NCBI GenBank assembly: GCA_016722375.1
Contig: JADKJG010000008.1
Coordinates: 33,081 to 97,080 of the forward strand
Source: Bacteroidota bacterium
GTDB taxonomy: Bacteria > Bacteroidota > Bacteroidia > Chitinophagales > LD1
Direction: 5' to 3'
DNA: 64,000 bases
A model generated the notes under the pieces. That model was not told where the DNA came from and ran no database searches. It was given only the letters and a program-made list of their open reading frames with translations. The stretch's first letter is position 1; the number at the start of each line of letters is the position of its first letter. Below are positions 29,322-38,668 of this stretch, in pieces. The translations under genes and the position numbers were made by a program.

Positions 29322-29765
29322 TTACTCAAATGATTGAATAAGATTGGAAGCCATTTTCATATTTGAGTTATAGCTGTCTAAATTGTCAATTTGAAAATTT
29401 TCACCATCCCAATTTTGTAAAATATTTCGGAGTTGTCCCAAGAAGGCGATCGATGAAACCGCAACGTAATGCCCTTTCACAACCTGACCAGCGCCAATCA
29501 ATTCCAGCTTGCTGATAATTTTTCTAATATCATCAAACGTTCTTCCATATTCGGCGAGCAAATGATTTGTGGGCCTGTCGTTAGCTAATAATGTCAGCAA
29601 TTGTTCAATATACACCTCTCGCTTATTTAAAGTCTTTCCTTGAGTCATACTTTTAATTGTTTGACTCAAAATTTCACTTTCGTCGAAATGCTTTCGATTG
29701 GATTCAGCAGCAATCTTGGATAAAAGTCTCGATTTTTTAAAGAAAAACATTAACGATCTTATCAT
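29322..29765 (-). CDS. hypothetical protein (island gene, downstream of the cyclase-like gene)
   Basis: 147-aa AT-rich ORF, predicted mostly helical. No TM segment, no signal peptide and no recognisable cNMP-binding motif. Confidence 0.5.
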   Translation of the reverse strand: MIRSLMFFFKKSRLLSKIAAESNRKHFDESEILSQTIKSMTQGKTLNKREVYIEQLLTLLANDRPTNHLLAEYGRTFDDIRKIISKLELIGAGQVVKGHYVAVSSIAFLGQLRNILQNWDGENFQIDNLDSYNSNMKMASNLIQSFE

Positions 29766-29913
29766 CTAATTAAGCATGTCCTATTAAATAGTATCTAATA
29801 CATCGAGGTTACACAAAATAAGAAAAATTGCAGGCCATTGTCGGTGACGTTTGCACTGCTATTGTTTTTTTAAACCTAAACGATACGCATGTATAAACTT
29901 CATTTTTCTATGA

Positions 29914-30750
29914 TTAAATTTTTTGAAAAGCGATTGTTCCAATTGTTTCTTTTGGTTTCGTTTTTTGATCGTTGAGATACCAAGTCAGAACATCCAAAAG
30001 CCATTCATATTTTTCTTTGGCGTGGGAGTCATTTTTAGCCTCCATTAACTTAATCTGAATTTTACAAAAGTTTATACCACGACTTACGAAACCTTTATAA
30101 ACCTGATCGGCATCAAGATTTTCGTAACCTATATTTAACTCCTTTTCAAAACCGGTTGGATTTAGAAAATACACCCCCTTTGTATCCATTAACAAGCTTT
30201 TGCTGATCGCCTTATTGACGAGATCACCTCGCAGCTGTAGATTATTTTTTACTTTTTCAATTAATGCTTCAGCAATTACTATCCTTGGGTAGATTGCTTT
30301 CTTAGTTTCTAACTCATAGGCATCTGCTAAGGCTGGAGAAAAAATCATTTTCTCATCAGAATAATCATCCCCAAAAGATATCCCGCCTCGGATTGGAAAT
30401 TCATTATCAAGCATTATAGAAAAATAGGCGCGAGCAAACAGAATGCAGTTTGTAAAGGCATCGCCAAAGGATAATTCTGAACCCTCCTGATATGAAAATG
30501 ATGCATAAAGATTGTCGGAAAATAATTTGTATGATGTATTTACTTCGAGTTTAGCCTGGTCCAGTGTATCCTTAAATAAATTAAGGGTATTTATTCCTTG
30601 ATCAAGAGCCTCTATTAATTTTTTTAAGGAGTAGTCACCTTCATGGACGGAGTTATCTAAAATGCTTTTGAAACCTAAAATGTCAGCGTGAAGAACTATA
30701 GCTTTCCGTAAAGCTCCCTTTGAGCCCATATATTTCCTTTTGATTATCAA
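29914..30750 (-). CDS. class III nucleotidyl cyclase-like (CHD fold) protein with an unknown C-terminal extension
   Basis: 278 aa. Ordered motifs are AIVLHADILGFKS (metal Asp, cf. F.DI.GFT), YKLFSDNLYASF (second Asp, cf. K.IGD..MA.F), FPIRGGISFGD (cf. RIGIH.G) and SPALADAYELE (cf. G..VN.A.R.E). Confidence 0.5.
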   Translation of the reverse strand: MIIKRKYMGSKGALRKAIVLHADILGFKSILDNSVHEGDYSLKKLIEALDQGINTLNLFKDTLDQAKLEVNTSYKLFSDNLYASFSYQEGSELSFGDAFTNCILFARAYFSIMLDNEFPIRGGISFGDDYSDEKMIFSPALADAYELETKKAIYPRIVIAEALIEKVKNNLQLRGDLVNKAISKSLLMDTKGVYFLNPTGFEKELNIGYENLDADQVYKGFVSRGINFCKIQIKLMEAKNDSHAKEKYEWLLDVLTWYLNDQKTKPKETIGTIAFQKI

Positions 30751-30803
30751 TCATTCCAAAGAAACCAAAATTAAGTTCTTCACTGGATTAAACTTATAAT
30801 CCT

Positions 30804-31350
30804 CCCCATTCGCCCCCAAATCAACGCGCTTCCACCAGCGCCAAACGCGTTTATGGCTCAGCTCAATGCGGTAATAGTAGAGATTTCGCCTTGGTTGGTG
30901 ATTACCTTTCCAATATTAATATAAGAACCAGCGCCTGTTTGCCGCAGGCAGGTCAACAACCATCTGTTTATTCCTGTTGGTGAAACCAACACCAACGGGG
31001 CGAAGAAAAATTACTTCCCATCCTGATTGATTGAGCCGCTGGTTTGATTAAAACAGCGGAGGTTTTGATTAGAAAAGCGGATGGTGTGATTGATAAAGCA
31101 AATGCTGTGATTAAGATAGCGGAAGATATGATTATGAATGCCGCTCTTATGATTAAGAAAGCGGCATTCTTGATTAATATAGCGAATGCTTTAATCACTA
31201 TAGCGGCTACTATGATCAAGATAGCGAAAGATGTAACCGATATAACGGCTGATTTGATTGATATAGCGGGGAAATTGATTAAGAATCGGGGGATTATTAT
31301 TGATATTCGGGGGAAAATGATTGATATTCCGGGGATTATTGTTGATAATC
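30804..31350. repeat. composite 21-bp phased array: ACGCG-word head, then the GATT word
   Basis: The head has ACGCG-like anchors at 30824, 30845 and 30866. GATT anchors then fall at 31025, 31046, 31067, 31088, 31109, 31130, 31151, 31172, 31193, 31214, 31235, 31256 and 31277, and after a 25+17 nt slip at 31319. Confidence 0.85.
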
Positions 31351-31526
31351 GTTTGTGGCAAAGGTGTTTATGAGCATAGTGCCCAAATTAGATAAAATAG
31401 AAAGTAGAGAGGAGATTTGACAACTTTCAAAAAGTTCTGCATCATTTCTTCCTTGATTTTAAGAAAGGCTCTTTCGGTTTTTTCATTTGCCTTTTCGCTG
31501 ATTCCGGATAAGTCAAAAATTATAAT

Positions 31527-31955
31527 TTAGGATTTAATGGTTTTAAGAGGGTTTTGACCCTTATCATGCAATTCCCCTATTTCATCTACTGTCAAATTTG
31601 AGATTCTTTCTACTTCCATTTTCTCATTCTCATCACAATCTATATGCCCAGCAAATACCTTGTTTTGTTTTATCCAATCGAGATGCCATGAATCTTCCCA
31701 ATACCTTGTGCAAATAGTGAAGTCAGTTGAATAATTTCTTTTTTCATCATAGAACAATCCATTCTCAACAAGTTCGTCAATATCAAATTCATCTGGATTC
31801 CATCTTGAAATGGAGAATATTTGATTATCCTCTTGATTGAAAGGCTCATTTTGGGTGATGTACTTTTCCCGGAACGCCTCAATTCCTCCAATATACTTGC
31901 TTGCTATCGCCTTCTTATCAACAACAAGATTTGAGGGGTGTAGGTAGATTGGCAT
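31527..31955 (-). CDS. hypothetical protein (island gene between the two arrays)
   Basis: 142-aa intact AT-rich ORF, acidic and Trp-rich (RYWEDSWHLDWIKQ). No family recognised. Confidence 0.5.
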   Translation of the reverse strand: MPIYLHPSNLVVDKKAIASKYIGGIEAFREKYITQNEPFNQEDNQIFSISRWNPDEFDIDELVENGLFYDEKRNYSTDFTICTRYWEDSWHLDWIKQNKVFAGHIDCDENEKMEVERISNLTVDEIGELHDKGQNPLKTIKS

Positions 31956-32056
31956 TTAGGGAATTTATTTTTTCTACTTCTGCGCTATTCTCAGCCGTGG
32001 TTGGCGTTTAGCATTCCATAAAAATAAAATTATTGCATACTTCACCAACCATCACA

Positions 32057-32410
32057 CCCCATTTCCCCCCCCAAATCAACGCACTTCCACCACCGCTAAG
32101 CGCGTTGATGGCTCAGCGCAATGCGTTATTGGCGGAAAGTAGCGTGCTACTGGCTAAATGTAACGCGTTAAAAATGCGGTGACAACGCGCTAACGGCTCC
32201 GCGCAACGCGCTATCGGCTGAGCTAAACGTGTTACCACAGGAGTTAAACGCACTACTGGCGGAAATCAACGCACTTGCACCAGCCGTAAGTGCGCTTAAA
32301 TTGAAAATCAACGCGCTTGCCTCGGCCATAAGTGCGCTTAAATTCAAAATAAGCGCTCTTAAATCAAAAATAAGCGCGCTGAAAGGGAAAATTAGCCGAT
32401 TTATCCCCGC
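32057..32410. repeat. 21-bp phased array (ACGCG/GCGCT word)
   Basis: Sixteen anchors: 32079, 32100, 32121, 32142, 32163, 32185, 32206, 32227, 32248, 32269, 32290, 32311, 32332, 32353, 32374 and 32395. The head (32057-32137) is about 85 percent identical by eye to 30804-30884. Confidence 0.9.
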
Positions 32411-32594
32411 GGGGCTTCCTTTTTCAAAACAATTAAAAGAAGAAAAGAACCTCTAAAGGAATCCTATGGACTTGCGGCAGTAAATCAAAGGCCGGCAGGT
32501 TGGGAAATTTCTCCCAATCCTCAAAAATTTTCCCTTTAGTTTCCTCCCGTAAAACAAAAACCCCTCTTTCATAGGAGAAAGAAGGGTTTATTTG

Positions 32595-32667
32595 TGGTGT
32601 GGGAGGGAATTGAACCCCCGACACATAGATTTTCAGTCTATTGCTCTACCAACTGAGCTACCGCACC
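32595..32667 (-). tRNA. tRNA-Phe (GAA)
   Basis: The 73-nt cloverleaf was read by hand: acceptor GGTGCGG/CCACACC (one C-A mismatch), D arm GCTC-AGTTGGTA-GAGC, anticodon stem ATAGA/TCTAT with loop CTGAAAA, T arm GGGGG-TTCAATT-CCCTC and discriminator A. CCA is not encoded. Confidence 0.9.
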
Positions 32668-32718
32668 AATTTGAGGTCGGCAAAAGTAAATATTTCCGGT
32701 TCTTTGCCAAGCTCCTAC

Positions 32719-33689
32719 TCAGTTTGATTCGAGAATTTTTATCTGATATTTTTTATGATCCCGATTGGTCAATCGAGCTTCACGCAACCAAGGGTTCAAC
32801 ATTTTGATATGCTTGTACTTTAATCCATAGTTAGCGGCAAAATCAGCAATATTCAGAATGGGGGTATCCACGTCAACCACTTTGAATCTATAAGGTTGGT
32901 ACAAATCCTCTGGCCTTATATAGAAACCAGCCTTCTCTGGATTAGAGAAAATAATTTTCAAGGCCAACATCCGAAATATATATCTTGAGGTTTCCTGATT
33001 AAAATACATATCGTAATAATGGTTGGTCCTTTGGTCCTTCACTCGTTCCAGCATACCCGGAATCCCAAGATTATAAGAGGCGGCGGCAAGAGTCCAATTT
33101 CCTAATTTTTCATTGGCGCTTTTCAAGTAGTTGCAAGCGGCTATAGTAGATTTCTCTATGTGATATCGTTCATCTACTTCGGAGTTCAACTCTAGATCGT
33201 AAGATTTAGCGGTGGGTTTCATAAACTGCCAATATCCGGAGGCACCCGCAGGGGACACATCTTGACGAAAGCCACTTTCTATCAAAGCGAGGTATTTGAA
33301 ATCGGTGGGCACATCCTGCTCAATCAATATTTTTTCTATTTCATCAAAATGACGATTGGCCATTCGCATATTTAGCAAGGTATTGGAATGCCAATAAACA
33401 TTTACGTTCAACTCCCTGTCCAGCCGCTCCTTGACCTCTGGGTCTTCCAGCGGTACTCGTTCGCCCGCAACTGCAACTCCCCTTCTATGTGTATTGGATA
33501 CACCTTGTTGGATGAATCAATAACATCTGTCCATTGGATATAAGGACACTCACCTTTTGTGCGCTCAAAAATATTGACCGGTTTATTTAAACCGGCCAGA
33601 TTGTTCCATAGAATTGCGGAAGAGGTGATGCCCAGTACCAAAAACAAACCGATAAATACCGGAGCACGATATTTTTTAGGGAATTCCAC
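32719..33689 (-). pseudogene. membrane-anchored lytic transglycosylase (SLT/MltD-like) split by a frameshift near 33465-33510
   Basis: ORF 33408..33689 gives the N-terminal TM anchor. The frame of ORF 32719..33411 is open upstream and reads AGERVPLEDPEVKERLDRELNVNVYWHSNT. The SLT catalytic region is LIESGFRQDVSPAGASGYWQFM. Confidence 0.8.
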
Positions 33690-33692
33690 GTT

Positions 33693-34217
33693 CTATTGGT
33701 TTGCTTTTTTAAAGATGGGAACATTGGAACAGGCTTCGCCATACATCAGCGACCGGACTACCGGTGTCAGAAGGTCGGCAATTTGAACAAAAGCCGCTTC
33801 AGATATTTTTCTATCTCCACAACCTTTCACCAGGACTCTCTTATCTTGAAATAGGTTAGCATCTAATCGGATCAAATTTCGCAACAAAAAAGTTTCTGGT
33901 GCTTGAAGGGGAGCAGTTGCTGCTACATCTTTGGCAATAGAAGAAAGCGATACGCTCAAGATCATATAGGCCCACATGGGGATGATAGCATCTGAAGAAC
34001 AATAAATCGCTACACACTTATCCCGGTACTCCTCCCAGTCTTTATTCTTCACCGCATTTCTGAATTCTTCTTCTCTCAATATCAAACCTCGAAACAAGAA
34101 GTCTTTCAGGTCAATACAGGCAATCTCTTCCTCCTTCGGGAAAAAGGTTTCGAGGGCTAAAGTTATCAGTGCGCTTTGGGCCACCTTATTCACTATGGGT
34201 TTCACTGCGTCCATCAT
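33693..34217 (-). CDS. DUF2480-like protein
   Basis: 174 aa: IDLKDFLFRGLILREEEFR...AIYCSSDAIIPMWAYM. Family assigned from memory. Confidence 0.5.
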   Translation of the reverse strand: MMDAVKPIVNKVAQSALITLALETFFPKEEEIACIDLKDFLFRGLILREEEFRNAVKNKDWEEYRDKCVAIYCSSDAIIPMWAYMILSVSLSSIAKDVAATAPLQAPETFLLRNLIRLDANLFQDKRVLVKGCGDRKISEAAFVQIADLLTPVVRSLMYGEACSNVPIFKKANQ

Positions 34218-34341
34218 GCAAAGCTAATCAATTCGTACCTGTACGAACCGTTCGGGTTGTTATAATTATTAAAGGAAATAAAAAAGCGTACCACGATATT
34301 AAAACGCGGTACGCTCCGAATAATTGTGATCTAAATAATCT

Positions 34342-36483
34342 TTAGAAGAAATTGAACCGATTGTCGGTCACGTTGGCTAATTTCTTTTGTACCTCTTGTG
34401 CAAACCTTGTTTTGCTCTGCAACTGTTGTTTCAATTGGAAAGCATACATACTATAGTCTTCAATTTTAGCAGGCTCTTCTACCGAAACCGGTTGAACTAC
34501 AAATACACCGGAAGAACCTTCCACCGCAGAAGACATTTTGCCAACCGCTGTGTTGATCGCTACTCCAGTCACTTTAGGCTCAAACATTCCATTAATACTT
34601 GGATTGCTGAAGGAAACGTGTGAAGCGTCTGTTGCTGCTTTACCCAACTTGGCCGCCAGGTCATCTATGTTAGCCGCTTTTGCATCGGTCACTTTTTTAG
34701 AAAGCAATTCAAACTTTTTCTGTTTAATCACCTCTGCTTTAACTTGGTCGCGTACGACTTCCAAGTCTTGCAAGCCCATCGGGCGAATTTGTTCAACTAA
34801 AGCCACCACGTGCTTTCTTTCTACTGTGAAAACAGAAGACACGCTGCCTTTGGTTGTTTTGTCACCAAAAATCCACTTCACTATATCGCGCGCCGCGCCA
34901 AGCCCTTGAATGGTGAAGTCATCCTTTTTCAGGCTTTCTACGCTTTTTATATTTAGCTGTTGTCCGGCTTCTTTAAATTTCGCTTCGTTCTGATGTTCGC
35001 TGGCAAAAGTGGTGGCGTTACCATATATCGTTCTTTCCGTTTCAGGGCTAGGTATGATTTCCTTGCTCAGATAAGTCACCAATACGCCGGCCTTGGTGGG
35101 TCTATCTTCCACTACCTGAACGATATAAATCGCATTTTCTGTAGCAGCAGGAACTTTATAAGCGCGTCCTTTTGTAGCGTGATAAAAAATCAAATCGTTA
35201 TACATTTTATCTTTCGCACCCTTTTTCACCCAACCGATATCGCCCCCTCTCATTTTGGAGAGCGCATCGTCCGAGTACGTCACTGCAAACAATCCTAAAT
35301 CTTGCTTTAAAGAATCAATTTGTGCCAAAACGCTATCAATGAATTTGAATTTAGCAGCGGCAGCTTCCTGCGAATTGATGCCTTCAAAAGAAATTTTGAT
35401 TTCGCGAACGTGCACCGAATCAGAAATCATCTTTCGATCGCTGATTTTTGCCAGCTTCAAATATTTGCCATCTACATAAGGGCCCACCAACGATTTGACC
35501 GGTAAGGTAAAGAAGGAATCCTTAACCGGTGAATTCATTTCCTCCTTATCATAATAGGCTTCATCAAAAGGTGTTTCTGAATATATTTTTGCAAATACAG
35601 AATCATCGGCAACCTTTGCCCCGTTTGCAAATTCATCCCGTTTTTCTTGCAACTCTTCTACGATTTTAGCCGTGTCGGATGAAGAGGCGACAATGTCAAA
35701 CGTAACATACTGAACCTTACGAGTTTCTTCATCCACCTTAAACTTTGCAGCATGACTTTCGATATACTTCTTCATTTCGTCATCGCTCACTTTTAAATCA
35801 GCATCATTCACCTCGCTGTATGGTAACTGTACATAACGGAAATTGACGAAGCGATTCTGCTCGTTGTACATCATTTCTCCCATCCATTTAGCAACATAAA
35901 AACCTTTATTAATCAGGTTGTCATACTTGGCCTGATACTGATTCTTCTTCAACTGCTTTTCAAAATTCAGCCATTGCTCACGCACTACTCCCGGCTCTAT
36001 CCCTTCACGCGGAGCATCCAACTGACTGATATACAAACGCACTCTAGCGGGATCGAATTGCCCGGTATTAGGGTCTTTGAACTGTTGGTCGTTCTTGATA
36101 TACTGTGATACATTTTCTCCTGTAGCCAATTCGCCCATTTCATCTGCGGTCACGCCGATGCCCAATTTCTCATAGATTTTGTCGAAGATGGAACTGTTCA
36201 CCATCTCGTTCCAAGTTTGGGTACGCAAATAATTACGCTGATCTTCGCTGATAGCCATTCCTTTCATCTGGCTCTCGAAGTTCTTTACGTTTTCATCATA
36301 CTTTCTGTTGAAGTCGGTGATAGAAATCTTTTCGCCGTTCACTTTGCCCACCGTATCACTCCTGCCTTTCAACACTCCCGACTGCGAATTGGTGGCATCC
36401 ATAACCAGAAACCCCACAATTGCCGCACCAATTATAAAAATCAGCAAACCCGAGTGCTGACGAATCTTACCTATAGCTGCCAT
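34342..36483 (-). CDS. periplasmic chaperone / peptidyl-prolyl isomerase PpiD-SurA-like
   Basis: 713 aa with an N-terminal TM anchor (MAAIGKIRQHSGLLIFIIGAAIVGFLV), SurA_N-like regions and a parvulin-like region (GGDIGWV). Confidence 0.8.
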   Translation of the reverse strand: MAAIGKIRQHSGLLIFIIGAAIVGFLVMDATNSQSGVLKGRSDTVGKVNGEKISITDFNRKYDENVKNFESQMKGMAISEDQRNYLRTQTWNEMVNSSIFDKIYEKLGIGVTADEMGELATGENVSQYIKNDQQFKDPNTGQFDPARVRLYISQLDAPREGIEPGVVREQWLNFEKQLKKNQYQAKYDNLINKGFYVAKWMGEMMYNEQNRFVNFRYVQLPYSEVNDADLKVSDDEMKKYIESHAAKFKVDEETRKVQYVTFDIVASSSDTAKIVEELQEKRDEFANGAKVADDSVFAKIYSETPFDEAYYDKEEMNSPVKDSFFTLPVKSLVGPYVDGKYLKLAKISDRKMISDSVHVREIKISFEGINSQEAAAAKFKFIDSVLAQIDSLKQDLGLFAVTYSDDALSKMRGGDIGWVKKGAKDKMYNDLIFYHATKGRAYKVPAATENAIYIVQVVEDRPTKAGVLVTYLSKEIIPSPETERTIYGNATTFASEHQNEAKFKEAGQQLNIKSVESLKKDDFTIQGLGAARDIVKWIFGDKTTKGSVSSVFTVERKHVVALVEQIRPMGLQDLEVVRDQVKAEVIKQKKFELLSKKVTDAKAANIDDLAAKLGKAATDASHVSFSNPSINGMFEPKVTGVAINTAVGKMSSAVEGSSGVFVVQPVSVEEPAKIEDYSMYAFQLKQQLQSKTRFAQEVQKKLANVTDNRFNFF

Positions 36484-37416
36484 GTATCTATTTTAAATTT
36501 TAATTTTCGTTTTGGTATAGTCTTTAAACTATACTGTTTTTTAAAAGGCGGGCAAATTAAATGGAAAATATCGAAAAATAGAAAGGAAAATCGGTACGGA
36601 TGGATTGATGCACTTAGGAGGATGCCAAATCTAGCTCGGTTGATTGAAGGTAAAAACCGGATATCAAGATTTACGGTATAGTAATCGGCCTCATTTTTTA
36701 TAGTTGCAGCCGCAGCCTTTTGGTTGAACAGATAATAGAGCGTGTCAATTGTTTGTAGCGCCCATCAAAGGACGGCGCCTATAACCAAATATGCTTCCTT
36801 CAAGATTACAGATACAGGAGGACGAAACTTTTGTTGCCAATCACTCACGCCTTCAATGTGCTTTTGGATGTGAAGGAAGAGAGAAGCTAGATTGGTCTTA
36901 TTAAAGTGTTCCATAGCTCATTTCTATTCTTTAATAAGATGTACGCTGCAATAAACTATGTAAGCATTCCCCAAACAAAATGGGTAATCCATCTCATCTG
37001 AGGGTGGGGCTTGGCAGATTTAATCGTTTATATCCAGGTTTTGTACCCCTCTATAGAGGAACTGACACAAACTCAAATCATTTTGATGCAAATGGCTTCT
37101 TTTTACACCAAAACTGGCAAAAACAAGTGCTTTTAGCCTGTTTTCTAAGATGTAACGATCTATTATAAAGTTCTTGTTTTGTCGTCATTTCCCTTTGAAT
37201 AGCTGGTTTTTGCGGGTATAATATCGCTCAGGCACCAATAAATTTCTATCCTGAATAGTGTTAGAAGTACTCTGAAACATAAGGACTGATTTATTGGATG
37301 GAGCGCGGGTCAGCGCCAACATATTGGTGGCGATGAATGTGTGACAACTAAATTCAGCACCGCTTTCTTTTGAGGTTTGCCCCGGCTCGCTAATATTGTA
37401 GGTCTAAAAACAAACA

Positions 37417-38424
37417 ATGCTTATAGATTTAAGAAGCGATACAGTTACCCGTCCTACTCCGGGGATGAAAGAAGCGATGTTCACTGCCGAAGTGGGCGAT
37501 GATGTTTTCGGCGAAGACCCGACAGTCAGCGCGTTGGAGCAAAAGGTAGCTATAATGTTTGGTATGGAAGCGGGTTTGTTTTGCCCTTCGGGAACTATGA
37601 CCAACCAAATCGCCATCAAGGTACACACGCAACCCTTGGATGAAATCATTTGCGATCAACTCTGTCATATATACAACTATGAAACAGGCGGATGGGCTTT
37701 TCACTCCGGCGTTTCTGTTCGTTTGACGGAAGGAGAGCGGGGTATTATGACGGCAGAACAGATTGAAAAATGTATTCAAGCTGATTTCGACTGGTTACCT
37801 AACAGCCGTTTGGTAGCCATAGAAAACACGGTAAACAAAGGAGGAGGAAGCGTTTATTCAATGAAGAAAATGAAATCGGTGTCTGATTTCTGTCGCAAAA
37901 AAAATCTAGCACTTCATCTGGACGGAGCTCGTATTTTTAATGCCCTGACTGCATTAAGGCAGAAGCCAATAGCGTTGGAAGGAATGTTTGACAGCATCTC
38001 AGTATGTATGAGTAAGGGACTTGGCGCTCCGGTAGGAAGTGTTTTGTTGGGGAGCAAAGAGTTCATCCGTCGAGCAAGAAAAATCAGAAAGGTGATGGGG
38101 GGAGGTATGAGGCAGTCGGGAATTTTGGCAGCAGCTTGTGTGTATGCTTTAGATAAGCATGTTTCAGGATTAAAAGAAGACCACCGGCGTGCGAAAGAGC
38201 TTGAAAAAATATTGGGAAAATGCTCTTGGGTAAAAAGTATCCTACCGGTTGAAACAAACATTGTAATTTTTGAAGTAGCCGATTCAAAGAAAATTGCGAT
38301 AGCACTTCAAAAGAAGAAGGTGCTGATACAACCGTTTTCTTCCACCCAATTGCGTATGGTGACTCATCTGGATTTTACCGATGAAATGTTATCCAATACA
38401 TTGAGCATACTGAGAAAGATTTGA
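37417..38424 (+). CDS. ltaE: low-specificity L-threonine aldolase
   Basis: 335 aa: DLRSDTVTRPT, GDDVFGEDPT, GTMTNQIAI, and PLP-lysine context SVCMSKGLGAP. Confidence 0.9.
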   Translation: MLIDLRSDTVTRPTPGMKEAMFTAEVGDDVFGEDPTVSALEQKVAIMFGMEAGLFCPSGTMTNQIAIKVHTQPLDEIICDQLCHIYNYETGGWAFHSGVSVRLTEGERGIMTAEQIEKCIQADFDWLPNSRLVAIENTVNKGGGSVYSMKKMKSVSDFCRKKNLALHLDGARIFNALTALRQKPIALEGMFDSISVCMSKGLGAPVGSVLLGSKEFIRRARKIRKVMGGGMRQSGILAAACVYALDKHVSGLKEDHRRAKELEKILGKCSWVKSILPVETNIVIFEVADSKKIAIALQKKKVLIQPFSSTQLRMVTHLDFTDEMLSNTLSILRKI

Positions 38425-38668
38425 GGCGACCCCGAAAAGTGTTGTGGAAAAGCCCCTCAAAAAATGACAGTTAAATGACAATTCTAATTAGGTTTTTAGG
38501 ATAAATCGTCCGTATATTTGTGGTCAGTCTTGAAAACGAGAAAAACAAATTGGGAATAATTATGAACAAGCTAATATCAGGAGCGCCCGGCTTTAACAAC
38601 TCTTTAACATGTTTCATGAAAAAAGATATTTTTGACCGCTTTTGTCAGAGAGCAAATATCAATAGCTT

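Noticed and set aside
29322-30750. Annotating the cyclase-like gene and its neighbour as a Pycsar system.
   Set aside because: The downstream 147-aa protein shows no cNMP-binding signature, TIR domain or TM helices. The cyclase assignment rests on motif reading only, so this remains a candidate.
29267-32594. Calling the tRNA-Phe-adjacent island an integrative mobile element.
   Set aside because: No integrase, recombinase or excisionase is present, and I found no direct repeat of the tRNA 3' end at the ligA-proximal boundary. Only position and composition support acquisition.
36217-37168. ORFs 36217..36681 and 36980..37168.
   Set aside because: The first is mostly antisense to the 5' end of the PpiD-like gene. 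The second is short, low-complexity and unsupported.
36484-37416. RNase P RNA, tmRNA or 6S RNA in the long gaps (also 6202-7107, 13442-14091, 48851-49710).
   Set aside because: I did not see the conserved hallmarks I know, such as GAGGAAAGTCC for the RNase P P4 region or a tRNA-like CCA end with a tag ORF for tmRNA. A covariance-model scan is still needed.
38513-38520. TATATTTG as a promoter -7 box for the OM operon.
   Set aside because: The -7 match is exact, but no TTTG sits at the expected -33 spacing, and it lies about 150 nt upstream of the start. This is too weak to call as a feature.
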